Source: Podarcis melisellensis
Lineage: Eukaryota
Length of the DNA stretch: 64,000 nt
Assembly (NCBI GenBank): GCA_964234715.1
Contig: OZ174289.1
Strand: one strand, 5' to 3'
Shown: positions 50,994-63,406 of the stretch, piece by piece
Position numbering within the stretch: the stretch's first letter is position 1
Layout of the letters: each line of letters starts with the position of its first letter
Made by a program: the position numbers and the translations under genes
The notes under the pieces: model-generated
The model's database searches: none
What the model saw: the letters and a program-made list of their open reading frames with translations, nothing else
Told to the model about the DNA's origin: nothing

Positions 50994-52359
50994 AGAGGGA
51001 GGTACGCAGGAGCAGATTCGTCACTGAATACTCTTGCCTACACCCCCCCCCCCAATACTGGAGGGTCCGAAAGGAGCCCAAGCCTCATGCACAAACAGAG
51101 CCCAAACCTGAACAGAAGATGAAAGTTCAGAGACACAGATGCACCCACGGAACTTAAAGCCTGTGGGATTTAACACAATGGGGTGGGGGGTCTGAATCTC
51201 TATGTGTTATGACTGTTCCAAGTTCTGCAATATGCATACATTTTTCACCTGGGGTGTTAAAGTCCATCAGTGGTTGTGCTGCAAGAACGACTCCAAAGTT
51301 AGAAACTCTAACCTGTGGCCCTCTTGAAGTCAGTAGACTACAACACCCATCATCCAACCCAGCTAGAATGGTCAAAGGTCCAGGATTATGGGGACCTGTA
51401 GTCCAGTAACATCAAGAGGACCACAGATTTCCCCATCCCTGCTGTACCCTAATGTTTTGTGAATCATGGACAGCAGGAGTTTTCAGTGTGGCAACCAAAA
51501 CTTACCAGGTATTGCGCCAAAAAAACAGCATCAGAAATGGCAAACAAATCTCACCAGTGCATTGCTTGCCACACCACCACCAACACTCTTTTGAAATGTG
51601 CAGCAAGGACTATAACCCAGTGGGAGAGTGCAGGCTTTCCATGCAAAAGGCCCCACTTTTCGATTTCTGGAACCTACAGTTAACAAAGGATTGGGCAGGC
51701 ATATTCCTGCCTGAAATCCTGGAGAGCCACTGCTTGTCAGAAGTACAGTAGAAATACCCTGCTAAATAGGTAAGCTGCCCCTTTGCAACTTTTAAGGTTA
51801 CTGTTTGATTCAAACAGCTGTTTTCTGGGCAACCAGTGAAAGGTCAAGCACCCCTCTCCCCAGGAATGCCCCTTGCATATGCTAACAGACACCATCTGGA
51901 GGTTTGCTCAGCATATCCCAGAGCACCTTGCAGCAGATGCACTGTGCCTTGGCAAACAACTATATGAAATCTGTCAACTCAAGATGGATATTCCTGTTCT
52001 TGCTAGAAGAAGAGAACATTACGGTATCCATGGATACAGAATGTCTTGTCCACACCAGGTTCTAAGAATCTCAGAATAATGAGACAAAAGCAACAGAGTC
52101 CAATCGAGAAGGGCACTTGGGGGAGGTCGGCATTGTCTATAGGGCTAAGTGGAGGAATGCAGCCTCAATTGAGATTGTTGAACAGGCAGAGGGACCGCAA
52201 CCTGTTTTGAAGCATGGGTGTGTGTGTGTGCTACCTTCTTGATGGCAAAACATCCAGAACAGCTATGTAACAGGCAGAAATCCAATATATGAAGCTGTCC
52301 CCATCACTGCAACCACATGCTAGGGAAAGCTCTCTTGCTCCTGCTTTCAGTAAGAACAC

Positions 52360-52510
52360 TGGATAGCTCAGATGTTTGGAGCGTGGTGCTGATAACGCCA
52401 AGGTCGTAGGTTCAATCCCTGTATGGGACAACTGCATATTCCTGCATTGCAGGCAGGTTGGACTAGATGATCCTCATGTGCCCTTCCCAACTCTATAATT
52501 TTATGATTTT
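52360..52510 (+). mobile_element. tRNA-Ile-headed SINE with CR1-like tail
   Basis: tagctcag...agcgtggtgctGATaacgccaaggtcgtaggttcaatccctgta (tRNA-Ile-like), followed by cctgcattgcagg..gttggactagatga...cccttcccaactcta..tttatgatt. Confidence 0.8.
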
Positions 52511-53859
52511 TTAAAAATCCTGCAAAGACTCACCTAACCCAGTGTTCTGTTCTCGTGGTGGCCAACAAGACATCCAAGGGAAGCCTGCAAAGCAAAATCA
52601 GAGCACAGCAGGACTCTCCTCACATGTGATTCCCAAGCAACTGATATTCAAAGGCATGCATCCACTGACAATGGAGGGGGAATAAATATTAGAAGCAATA
52701 TGCCTCTGAATACCAGTTTCTGGGATCTCAAGCAGGGAAGGTGCTCATGTCCTGGTTAGCAACTATGAGAACAGGATGCTGGACTACAGAGGTTTCCTTC
52801 CCTGGATCCTGCAGGGAAGAAATAAAGAAAAAGAGACAACTCAACTGGGTATGACCATTTGGAGCAGCAGTTCCCCAGATGTGGGTCCCCAGATGTTGTT
52901 GGACTATAACTCCCATCATCCCTGAGCTCTGGCCTTGCTAGCTAGGGGTCATGGGAGTTGTAGTTTAACAACATCTGGGGGCAGCAGGCTAGCTAAGGAG
53001 CTACAGCATAGGCCAGCTTTGCCCATGTCCGACCCCTCAGCATTTGCTGCCTAAAGAAGCTTGCCTCACTCTGCCTCATGGTATAGCCGGCCCCTGCTCC
53101 AGCGGTTTAGCCACAGGCATATAACAAGCAAGCCCCATACCTAGATTTCAGAACCACCTCCAGCAATTATGGGACCATTTTCAATTTTTTTGAAGAGTGG
53201 GAGAAGAGGAAAAAACACACACAAAAAAAACACAGGGCTTTTATTCCCATGTCATCAAGAACTTTGGCTTGAGAACATTGGGTGCTAACACAAAAGAGAG
53301 GCAGGATGACTCATCTGATCTGCGCAATTCTTGAAGTGTTTGTGGTCTTGAGAGACTGCAGGGGTGGGAAAACCTTTTTGGCCTGGCAGACCAGATCTTT
53401 AACTCCCGACAGGATGTCATTATGATGGCAGTTGGCGACAGGTGGATGGTCCTGCTGCCTGTCAGAGTTGGCCCACAGGGATGGAGGCAGGACAGAACCC
53501 CCTGCCCGTCAGCTGATGCGCAGGGAGTTCAACCTTGTTATTATTATTTTTTGCAGACATCAGTTGTGTGGGCACCTGATCCAGCTACAACTCAACCTGT
53601 CCCATCACACCTAGTGTTGCATATGATGTGAGGTATGCAGCAAGCAGGCAAGGTTTAGGGGAAACGGCCTGGTGGGCTAAATCCCCTAAGCAGGTGGTTC
53701 CCCACCTGAGATAGACTATGGGTCTATCTCCTTTGGGTGTGCATGATGACAGTAGGAGGGGCCAACACGAATAGTGGGCAGAGACACCCCTTTTCTCTCT
53801 CTCTCTCATTCACGCATATTAGCATGCATGCCATCCATGCATCCTCTCTCCCACATGTA

Positions 53860-54208
53860 AAGGTAAAGGGACCCCTGACCATTAGGTCCAGTCGTGACCG
53901 ACTCTGGGGTTGCAGCGCTCATCTCGCTTTACTGGCCGAGGGAGCCGGCATGCAGCTTCTGGGTCATGTGCCCAGCATGACTAAGCCGCTTCTGATGAAC
54001 CAGAGCAGCGCACGGAAACGCCGTTTACCTTCCCGCCGGAGCGGTACCTATTTATCTACTTGCACTTTGACATGCTTTCGAACTGCTAGGTTGGCAGGAG
54101 CAGGAACCAAGCAATGGGAGCTCACCCCATTGCAGGGATTCGAACCGCCAACTTCTGATCAGCAAGTCCTAGGCTCTGTAGTTTAACCCACAGCGCCACC
54201 CGTGTCCC
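53860..54208 (-). mobile_element. Full-length Sauria SINE with target-site duplication
   Basis: 5' GGGACACGGGTGGCGCTGTGGGTTAAAC on -, ACCTTT tail, and 12-bp TSD CTCCCACATGTA at 53848-53859 and 54209-54220. Confidence 0.93.
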
Positions 54209-56440
54209 CTCCCACATGTAGATATCCCCTAACTCATCATCCTCTCTTCCCTGGAGTAATAGGCAACTAGCAGCCTGATAATTCAATCCATCCTACCCAG
54301 CAGTTTTGCTGGGGCTTGGCTCCTACTGTAGCACCTGGCCCCCAAGGAACTTAGTCCTTTTCTTCCTGCGTGTATACAATTGCTAGTCCACATTCCTACC
54401 AACGCAATAGCCATGCTTTGGATGGATGAAAGCCTGAAAGGGCCAGTAACACAGCTTTCCACACAATTACTCACTCCCACTTGACTGGAGATACAGCCAA
54501 GGGACTCTTTAACCACCTCCTCCATTTCAAGAGCAACATATGCTTTGACAGAACCTTCCGTTAGTTGCTCCGAGACACAGCCAAAGGGTCTTTTGAAACT
54601 TTTCCTCTGTGAATTGCACCAGAGGCTCTACCTGAGTAGCAGCTGGGATGTATCAGAGAAAGAAAGCTGCCCAGAGCCTCTTCTGGGAGGCAGTAGAAGA
54701 GCCCTTTGGCTGGATCTCTGCTCAAATGGGAGCAAGCAAATGTTTCTGCTGTTTAATCGCGCCCATTTAAAACAACGACAACAACAACAGAGGGGGAAGC
54801 AGGTACCAAGCAGGAAACTGTCACTCTAGACATTGACTTATACAGATAGACCTGACAGTACAAATGCTTTTGAAGGCAGCTGTGCAAGCATCAACTTTGA
54901 CCATCACATCTGTGCATTATTGCTGCTTGGTTGCTGGGGGCATTCTGGATCTCAGTAATAATGAGGAATTGGGATTTGCCCCTTGCGTGTGATTTAAGAG
55001 GACACCTGCTCAGTAGATCAGTTAGTGTGGGATTTAAAGCTAGCCCAGGAATAAGCCAGCCCTTCGTCATTCCACTACCAGAGGACATAAAGTGGGATTT
55101 CTCTCCCTTTGGGCCTGAATTTCAGCTGGCTGCTGCAGGCAGGAGGCAGGGCCCCAAAGGTAAGAATAAAAAATCAAAAGCCCATTTGCAGAAGACAGGA
55201 ACAGGGGGATCTGTGACCCTCCATATGTTATTGGACTACAACTCCCATCAGCCACAGCTATGCTGGGGAGGGATGGTGGGAACTGCAGTCCAATAACATC
55301 TGCATCTGGACAGCCACTGGCTCCTCGTCTGTGGCATATGGGATGCTTCAATTGCTGGGCTCTGGAATTTTAGGACTACATTTCCCAATAGCCCCTGCCA
55401 TGTGCAGCATCTCTGACCTAAGGAGGGTTGTGTGGCTGGGAAAAGGAGGGGAAGCTGGGTGTGTGTGGAGGAACAGAGAAAGGGCTACAGGCTGGAAGAA
55501 GACCAACAAAACACCAGAACCGAGTCAGTGGTGGAAAAGATGATTCCTGCCAGCAGTCAGGAGTGCAGGATAGCCCTGAACTTGTTTCCAGAGTCAGGTC
55601 ACATCCACACTTTTACATTTAAAGCACCCTTAAAACTGCCGTGTCTTCTCCGAAGAATCCTGGGAACTGTAGTTCGTTAAGAAAAGTAATCATACAATTG
55701 TTATTCTCAGCACCCTTAAAAGCTCCAATTCCCAGGATTCTTCGTGGGAGACTCTCTAGGGTTTCAGGGAGGTGAAATTCCTACCTGAACCAGGAGATGC
55801 TGGGGCTTGAACCAGGACCTTCTGCAGGCAAAGAAAGTGGTCTCCCCCACTGAGCTGTGGCCCTTCCCAAATATAGGCAAATCTTAAATAGCATTAGTAA
55901 CCCATTCATCCACCCATCAAAATCTTCAGCATCATCCGACACCTACTATCTCAGCCAAAATGGACATAGAGTTGGAGATCTATGACTGCACTTCCTGCTT
56001 TTTTGCAGGAGAGTTGCTTATTTTGAAGCTGCTGCATGGGGAGCATGGGGAGCGTGGGCTCTGAATTTGATCATGGAACTGGGAGAGAGGCGGTATTCCT
56101 TCTTGTGCTTGTGTCCTGATCTGAATTGCCTTTTGCTGGGTGGAGGGCATAAGAAAGCAGTTGTCTATATCAAGCCTGGATTCAGGCAACCCCCTGTGGT
56201 GCTAACAGCAGCTTACTGGGAGGTGAGGAAACAATGACAAAAGCATCGCAGGGAAAATTATTATACACACACTTTCCCACAGCTGCCACTGCTCCAATCG
56301 AAATGCAATCCTCCTCGCCTTGCAGCAAGCTAAGGGAAATAAAAGCACTGGCAGATCTCACAAATCAAGTAGGGTTTTCAGCTCTCAAGAGGTACCTGGT
56401 GACAATTAGTGCTTCCATGCAGATGGCCCTAGGATGAGCT

Positions 56441-56586
56441 CATAGAATCACAGAAATTGTAGAGTTGGAAGGGGACGTGAGGGTCATCTCGTCCAACCCC
56501 CTGCAACGCAGGACTCTTTTGCCCAACGTGGAGCTCGAACCCACAACCTTGAGATTAAGAGTCTCATGCTCTACCAACTGAGCTGT
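56441..56586 (-). mobile_element. tRNA-Lys(CTT)-headed SINE with CR1-like tail
   Basis: Reverse complement gives agctcagttggtagagcatgagactcttaatctcaaggttgtgggttcgagctccacgttgggca plus tail ending attctatg. Further copies at about 50340-50445 (-) and 59604-59742 (+). Confidence 0.82.
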
Positions 56587-59320
56587 CCTTAAGCATCTCC
56601 AGTTAAACGTGGACAAGGCTGCAGGTAATAGGGAAGACCCTCTGCCCGAGAAGCAAGAGTGTTGTCGTCAGTCAGAGTGAACAACACTTTGCTAGACAGC
56701 TAAATTAGTTTGGTCTAGCACATGACACCTTCCTACGTTCTCTACCCCCAACCCCAGCAATAGAACAGACCTTGGTGCAGAAGGAGTCTAGATCTCTGCA
56801 GTCCTCTGTCTTCCGTCCCTGTTCTTCTGACCACAAGCACTTACTGTCCAGCAGGATGGGATGGGAACAGACCCCAGGGCCCTAGAGCTTGCATGTCTGT
56901 CAGCTACAAGTTCCCTTCCAGAAGCTCTTCAGCTGGGGCTGCAGCTGGTAGAAGTGAACCCCACCCTCAGATAGACCATATGCCCTACATGAGCTAACCG
57001 CAATGTTACAAAAATAGCTTGTGAAATGGGAACTGTGGGGAGAAAGGGGCAATTCTGATAATACACAAGGGGAGAAGTGAGCTATGGTAGATCACCAATT
57101 TTTCTCCTTCTCTCTCTCTCTTTTTAAAGGACTTTGGTTCTACACTGAGTAGTCATAAAGCAAGCGGAAATCATCGGGTGAAAGTTTTATTGGAACGGAG
57201 CTGCAGGGATGACAAATCATTCACCTGTTGATTTCTGCTCATTATAAAACCATTTAAAAAACACGAAAACTCTGCCCATTAAGCAGAAGGGAGTAAACTC
57301 AATGTCTATAGGATTTTAGCTGATCAAGCACCTCTAACTGCCCACATTTAATCCCATTCTGCTAGGAAAGCGCTGAGCTGCCTTGTTTTTGGTGTTTTAA
57401 TTTGTTTAACTTGGTACATTCACCTCTCATCTCTCCTCCATTATGGAGCTCAAGGCAGTGCAAGGGTTGACAAGACCCAGGACTTCCTCCGTCCAGGAAG
57501 GGCTGTACACACAGAGCATGGCCCTCTGATAAGGACATTTCTTGGCTAGAGCAACCACTGCAGCCCGACAGCAAGGCCCGCCTAGGAAAGCTGTCAACAA
57601 TTAGCCCTAGAGCAGGAGTAGCCAATGTGGTGCTGTCCAGATGTTTTAGACTACAACTCCCATCAGCCCCAGCTTGTGCAATCCATGCCAATTTTATGCA
57701 AAGCTGTGCCTTCTCTTTTTGGCGACTGGTAAGTGACCACCCTCCTCCATGAACTTGGGAGCTCTCTGGCATGGCATTCTCAGAGGGGACCCCGCACCTG
57801 GAAAAAGCAGGACATACAACAGAATTACCCAAGGCTGCCATTGATCTTCTTGGATATTCTCTACAAGGGTGGTTTGGCTGTGCGCAGGATTTCTACATTG
57901 CAGGGGGTTGGACGAGAGGACCTCTGGGGTCCCTTCCAACTCTATGATTCTATGATAGCACCCTTGGGGTGGCAACCCCTGTGCTGTACTTGGGGCTCCT
58001 GGAAAAGGCTCATGTTTTCCATCTTCTGGGGCCAGCCCAAAGTGGAAGCCCTGCAGGTTTCTGTACTATTTAGAGTGAGTCTTCCACCACCTCCAGAGTC
58101 AACACTCTGCAGCTGCTGAGAGAAAGGGTGCCATGCCTCCCTTGCTCTCCCCTACAAAACCATGGCTTGGGACTGGTTTTAAGTAAGAAGGCAGGTACGG
58201 GAAGGGAGGGGTCTGGTGGAAGGAAGCCCACCTGTCCTTGGCAAACCCCACAAAGCAATTTACACAGGAATATTAAAAGAAAAAGCATCAAGTATATAAT
58301 AAAACAGCCGATAGATGCTACAACGGGTGTGGGAAGATACCTATTGAAAACTAGATCTTCCTTGAGGGCAAGGTGATGCTTTGGTAGCCGCCACAGGTGG
58401 TGGCTGGGGGAGGAAGATCACACACACATGTACAGTTTGTTTATATAATCCAGCTGATCCGAGAGTACACATTCATCACAGACTGCTTCTTGTGTCATAA
58501 TTTTTAATTATTAATAGTAATGAACATTCTTAACTCTTTCATTTGAGGAAATGTATATCCATCAACCAAAAAACAACCACCACCCCCATAACAAGCCACT
58601 TTCCCTTATTTGCTTATATTTGCAGTTCTGGGAGTGTATGCCACTATTTTGGTCCAATGTACATAAAAACAAGCTGCTAAACTTGTTAAATGCCAATAAA
58701 TTAGCAAGTAACTGAATCTAAAGCTTGTCTCCTTTTGAGTTTGAGGTCCAGGACAAATGACTATCCTCCCCCCCCCCCCCGGTCTGATTGGCCCTGGAGC
58801 CATCCTGAATTTTCTGCTGCATAGTAAAAAGAGGTCACCTATTACCCACTTTCAATTTCTATGCCCTCTAACTTTGCCCCTCCTCCTCCTTAGGAACAGA
58901 GGAAGTGGCTTTATAACAAGTAAAGGAAACAGTCCATCTAGCTCACTGGTGGTGAACCTTTTTTCAGCCCCAAAGTGGTTAGAACGATGAATATAAATTT
59001 TGCATTTATAGACATGCTCTATGCTCCACCCAGACCAGTGAGAAGCAGAGCTCAAGGACACTTCCCAGCTAAGCAAAAACACAAGGTCCTTCCTGGGGAT
59101 GCCAGGGATTGAACCTGGGATCTTCGAGGGATATGCTCTGACCACTGAGCTATACACCCTGCCACCTGGCACTGCTTGATTGCTTGCTCACCTGCCCTCT
59201 GTGAGTGAGCAAACAGTTGGAGGAGCAAGAAGATGGAGCATTAACCCTCTTCCGCATCTCATTGGCTCCTTATAAGAGTTGAAGTGAATCAGGCCCAGGA
59301 GGAGAGACAAGGGACTAGCT

Positions 59321-59559
59321 AAAGGTAAAGGAACCCCTGACCATTAGGTCCGGTCGTGACCGACTCTGGGGTTGCGGCGCTCATCTCGCTTTAGTGGCCG
59401 AGGGAGCCGGCGTACAGCTTCCGGGTCATGTGGCCAGCATGACTAAGCCGCTTCTGGAGAACCAGTGCAGCACATAGAAACACCGTTTACCTTCCTGCCA
59501 GAGCGGTACCTATTTATCTGCTTGCACTTTGATGTGTTTTTGAACTGCTAGGTTGGCAG
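59321..59559 (-). mobile_element. Sauria SINE, 5'-truncated
   Basis: Closely matches 53860-54100. Confidence 0.88.
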
Positions 59560-61494
59560 TCAGCAATAGCCAGTAGCTGGGAATCACAAGGGCTGAGATG
59601 AAGGTAGAGCATGAAGATTCTTAACCTTAGGGTCAGTGGTTCAAGCCCCATGCTGGGCAAAACTTTCCTGCATTGTAGGGAGTTGGACTAGGTGAGCTAT
59701 GACTCTTGTGTTCCCTCCCAAGTCTAAAATTCCAAGATTCTAAGCTGTTCTGCTGAGGTCCTGCTTTCAGGCTTCCCATGGGCATCTGGTTGGCCACCGT
59801 GAGAACAAGATGCTGGACCAGGTGGGCCATTTCATCTGACCCAGAAGGGCTCCTATGTTCTTAAGTGGCAGAAGAAAGAGGCCACAATCAGTAAGACTGA
59901 GCCCACTGAGATCAACTTGCCCAAGGTTCCCCTCCAAAACGGAAAAACCCAGCACTAGGCTAATCCCAGAAGGTCAAAGCATCTGAAAAAGAACAGAATT
60001 TGATGTTGGTGGATAAAAGACAAGGGGAAGTGTGGTGGTGGGGCAGGAACCACCACATCAGCACTCTCAGAATAAACTGAACAAGAAATAACTGGAAAAC
60101 AAAGGGAGGGGGAATCCCTTCCAAAGAACATTTCCTTTTAATGGACCTGGCTAAAGATCTTTCCACAGAAGTACAGGGTGGAACAGTGCGCGCGCGCACA
60201 CACGGCCAGTTCACTAGCAGGAAGTGTGCGCTCCTGTGCATGTGTGCATATGTGTGCTGCGCTCACAGGCCTGCAGTCCAGCCCCGCAGAGCGTGGGAGA
60301 TGCACAGCATCATTTGAGCACACCATGTGCTGCTCCAGAGCTCAGCCAGGGCAGGCGGCCAAAGAGCTTGCTAATAGCCTGTCTGAGAGGTGCATAAGTT
60401 CCACCTGCTGGCTGTGGTGGCAAACCACAGCTCTGACGAACGAATGGAACGGCTGAGAGCGAGGCACCTAAAGGGACACGACAGGATGGCGCCGTGCCCA
60501 GGCACACAACCTGGAGGGGCACAGAGCACAGCTGTCGTGTGCCAGCCTGCCCTTGTGCCAGCCTGCCCCTGCAGAACAGACCTCCTGTGACACCCACAAC
60601 AGGGTGAAGCTGCTCTGAAAGCAGGTTGCTAAGGAACCCATCCTCCTGCCCTCAGGATCATTGTTCAGCCAATGGCAACAGGCTCCAATGACATCATGAG
60701 CCTTCAGCGTGTCATGAATGCCATGTGCCTGGCTTGATTTCTCCCTTCGCAACGTGAAAGAGGGTGCTGCTCAGAATCAAGGCAACTGCCAGGCTCCTCC
60801 GCACCTCTTTTAAAAACCAGGAGTGCTGTGTTAACAGTCCCTTCTGCCCCATGCGCAAAATCATACTGCCTCCTCCCGGCTCCGTTTCATTTTGAGCAAA
60901 GCAAACCATTTCATTCTGAGCATTTTAAAACTTTCTGTTTGATTTGTGGTGTCTTTATTATCACTAACCTAGTGTCCTATGGATGGTTCGGAACACAACT
61001 CCCGTCCATCCCAGCCAGCTTGTGGGAGTTGTAGTCCAAAACACCAGGGTGGCAAAGGCCAGCATATAGCAATAGCAAGCTTGTTCTCTGAGTGCCGGTT
61101 CTTACATAGGCTGCAGATACACCACATATTTAAAGCACATTCCTGCCCCCCTCAACACTTCCCCTAGTATATTTCTCCACCAGTGATGCTTTGACCTTCT
61201 GGCATTAGTCTACTGCTGGTTCCAGGTTTGGGGGGGGCTGGGCAAGATGTTCTCAGCTCTGCCCCTCTCACTGCATGTGGCCACTTTCTTCTTACAGTTA
61301 AGAGCCCAGAGGAATCAGGAATCTAGCCCAGCATCCTGTTCTCACAGAGGCCCAAAGAATCCTGGGAACTGTAGTTTATTTAGGGTGCTGGGAACTACAG
61401 TTCGTACGGGTAAAGTATAATTCCCAGAATTCTTTCTGAGGGCATGCTGTAAATATATGGTGTGTACACAGCTTTAGTCAAAGCGGCACCACCC

Positions 61495-61500
<6 letters not shown>

Positions 61501-61532
<32 letters not shown>
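61501..61532. repeat. (TG)n microsatellite
   Basis: Direct read. Confidence 0.95.
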
Positions 61533-61536
<4 letters not shown>

Positions 61537-63295
61537 TATGTAAGGGGGAAATCTTGACTAACCCAATGAAGATTGAGAATAGGTTCAGAATGCTGACTGG
61601 CTGCAGGAAGGGGTCAGTTAGGGAATGGAAATGGAATATCTCAGAAAGGGCACACATGGCTGCTGGGCACCCTGAACAAGAGCACTCCACACCCAAGTAT
61701 TGTGTTTTCTGTCTCCTATCTGTAATCCATCTATTTGCAAGGGGGCTGATTGGGCAGGCAGCCGTGGGGCTGCAGAAGCAAGCAACACATGCCAGCAGTT
61801 CTAATTCCATAGCAACATCTAGCATTCCCCAGAGAGCTTCCAGATAGTTGAAAACCTTTTATCAGTTTTGGCAATCTGGCTAGGTGGCTGCAATTTTCAT
61901 TCAAGATAACCTGGAAAATAATGCAACAGTCCTCATGGAGCCTGCATCTAGGACGTTTATTCAGAACGCCTTTTCTGGCTGATCTGAGATCTCCACCCCT
62001 TTCCTTCTGGATGAAAATGAAAAAGGAACCACTTCACCCCTCCCTCAAACCCCACCCAACCCCCAAGAAAAACCAAAGGCTTTGATCTGCATGCCTTATA
62101 TTATAGGGATGAATAGCAACTGAATTGCACTGATTTCCCCCTATTTTCCCCCATCACAATGAATCCAGCACCTGCCCTACTGTTCTAGCATGCAGGCATC
62201 TGCCACAAGGCTTGCAAGCTATTCAGAGCTTTTTTCCTCTAAGAAAACAAGCAAGCTTCCAGCTTGCTTTATTCAGAGACGCCCTCCGAATCGCATGACT
62301 CCAAGACCTCAAGAACAGGGAGGGAAGAAAAAAACCTCCAGATATATCACATGGCAAGGCTGCAGAAAGAAAAGAATTCTTAGGGAACAGCAAAGATTCT
62401 CTTAAGGAGCCAGCACTTTTCAAGAGGTTAGGGTAGATTGAGGGCTGGGGGGACCATTGCACTAGCAGGAACCATTATCTCACTGGTAGAGCATCTGAAG
62501 CCCTGGGTTTGATCCTCTGCATCTGCAGGTAGGGTTGATAAACCCTGGAGAGCCACTGCCAGTCAGTGTTGACAATACTGAGCTAGATGGACCGATGGTA
62601 TAGCAAAGTTTCATATGTGGAGCTGGAGCATGAGGCTGGCCACATCTTTAGCCTAGCCATGATGATGATTTATTACATTTCCCAGTAGCCTTGGTCAAAA
62701 ACAACCCAAGGTGACTTACAGATAGACTCACTGGGCATCAGGTCGGCTGCTTCCTTCCTTCCAACACCACCCCTGTCCCCCGGGAACTCCTTTCTCCCTT
62801 GATCCAGATACTTTTGCAGTTGACCTCTACACACAATTCAAGGAAATTACCCACAAGCCAGAGTGGGAGTAAAGAGGCCCATGAAGGCCCAGTCTGAGAG
62901 GTGAGATCAGACATAGAAAGACAACTTAATGGCATGGTGAAGCCTGCTGCCTGCCTAAATGACCTCATCGGTGTTGCTGGAATTACCAGGAATGCTGCCT
63001 TCTCCCTGTGATGCAAGGCTGGCTGGAAGCAAGCAGCAACCGCACTCCCAACAACTTCAGCCAGGGACAAGCAGGCAGGGAATCCCTACAAGGGAGAGGT
63101 CAGGGTAGGCTTCAGGAGAAAAAAAGGTGTCACTGTTCCCAGACAGACAGAATAGCAACAGTCCTACAGGCAGTAGTAGTTGGGGGTCTATTGGGAAGCC
63201 AGAAGTAGGTGGAGCCAGAGCCAATGACAGGCAGAACCAAATGATCCTAGTTTTGTCCTCTTCCTCCTCCTTGATGAGTTCTATAAGGGCAAACT

Positions 63296-63405
63296 GAGAC
63301 TACATAGGATGAAGCTGATATGCAGCACAATGCAGAGACTACATAGGATGAAGCTGATATTACAGCACAATGCAGAGTATGTTTACTCAGGAGTATGTTT
63401 ACTCA
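63296..63405. repeat. Adjacent tandem duplications (about 39 bp x2 and 15 bp x2)
   Basis: gagactacataggatgaagctgatat at 63296 and 63335; gagtatgtttactca at 63375 and 63391. Confidence 0.85.
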
Positions 63406-63406
63406 A

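Noticed and set aside
51500-51531. Alternative NHSL2 first coding exon (ATG...CCTG|gtaagt)
   Set aside because: The ATG frame ends in phase 2 but the next exon needs phase 1, and the phase-1 frame has a TGA just upstream; a non-coding exon cannot be excluded.
56515-56586. Functional tRNA-Lys(CTT) gene (also Ile at 52360 and the Ala-like copies)
   Set aside because: Acceptor stems are broken, there is no Pol III terminator right after the tRNA part, and each is fused to a SINE body or CR1 tail.
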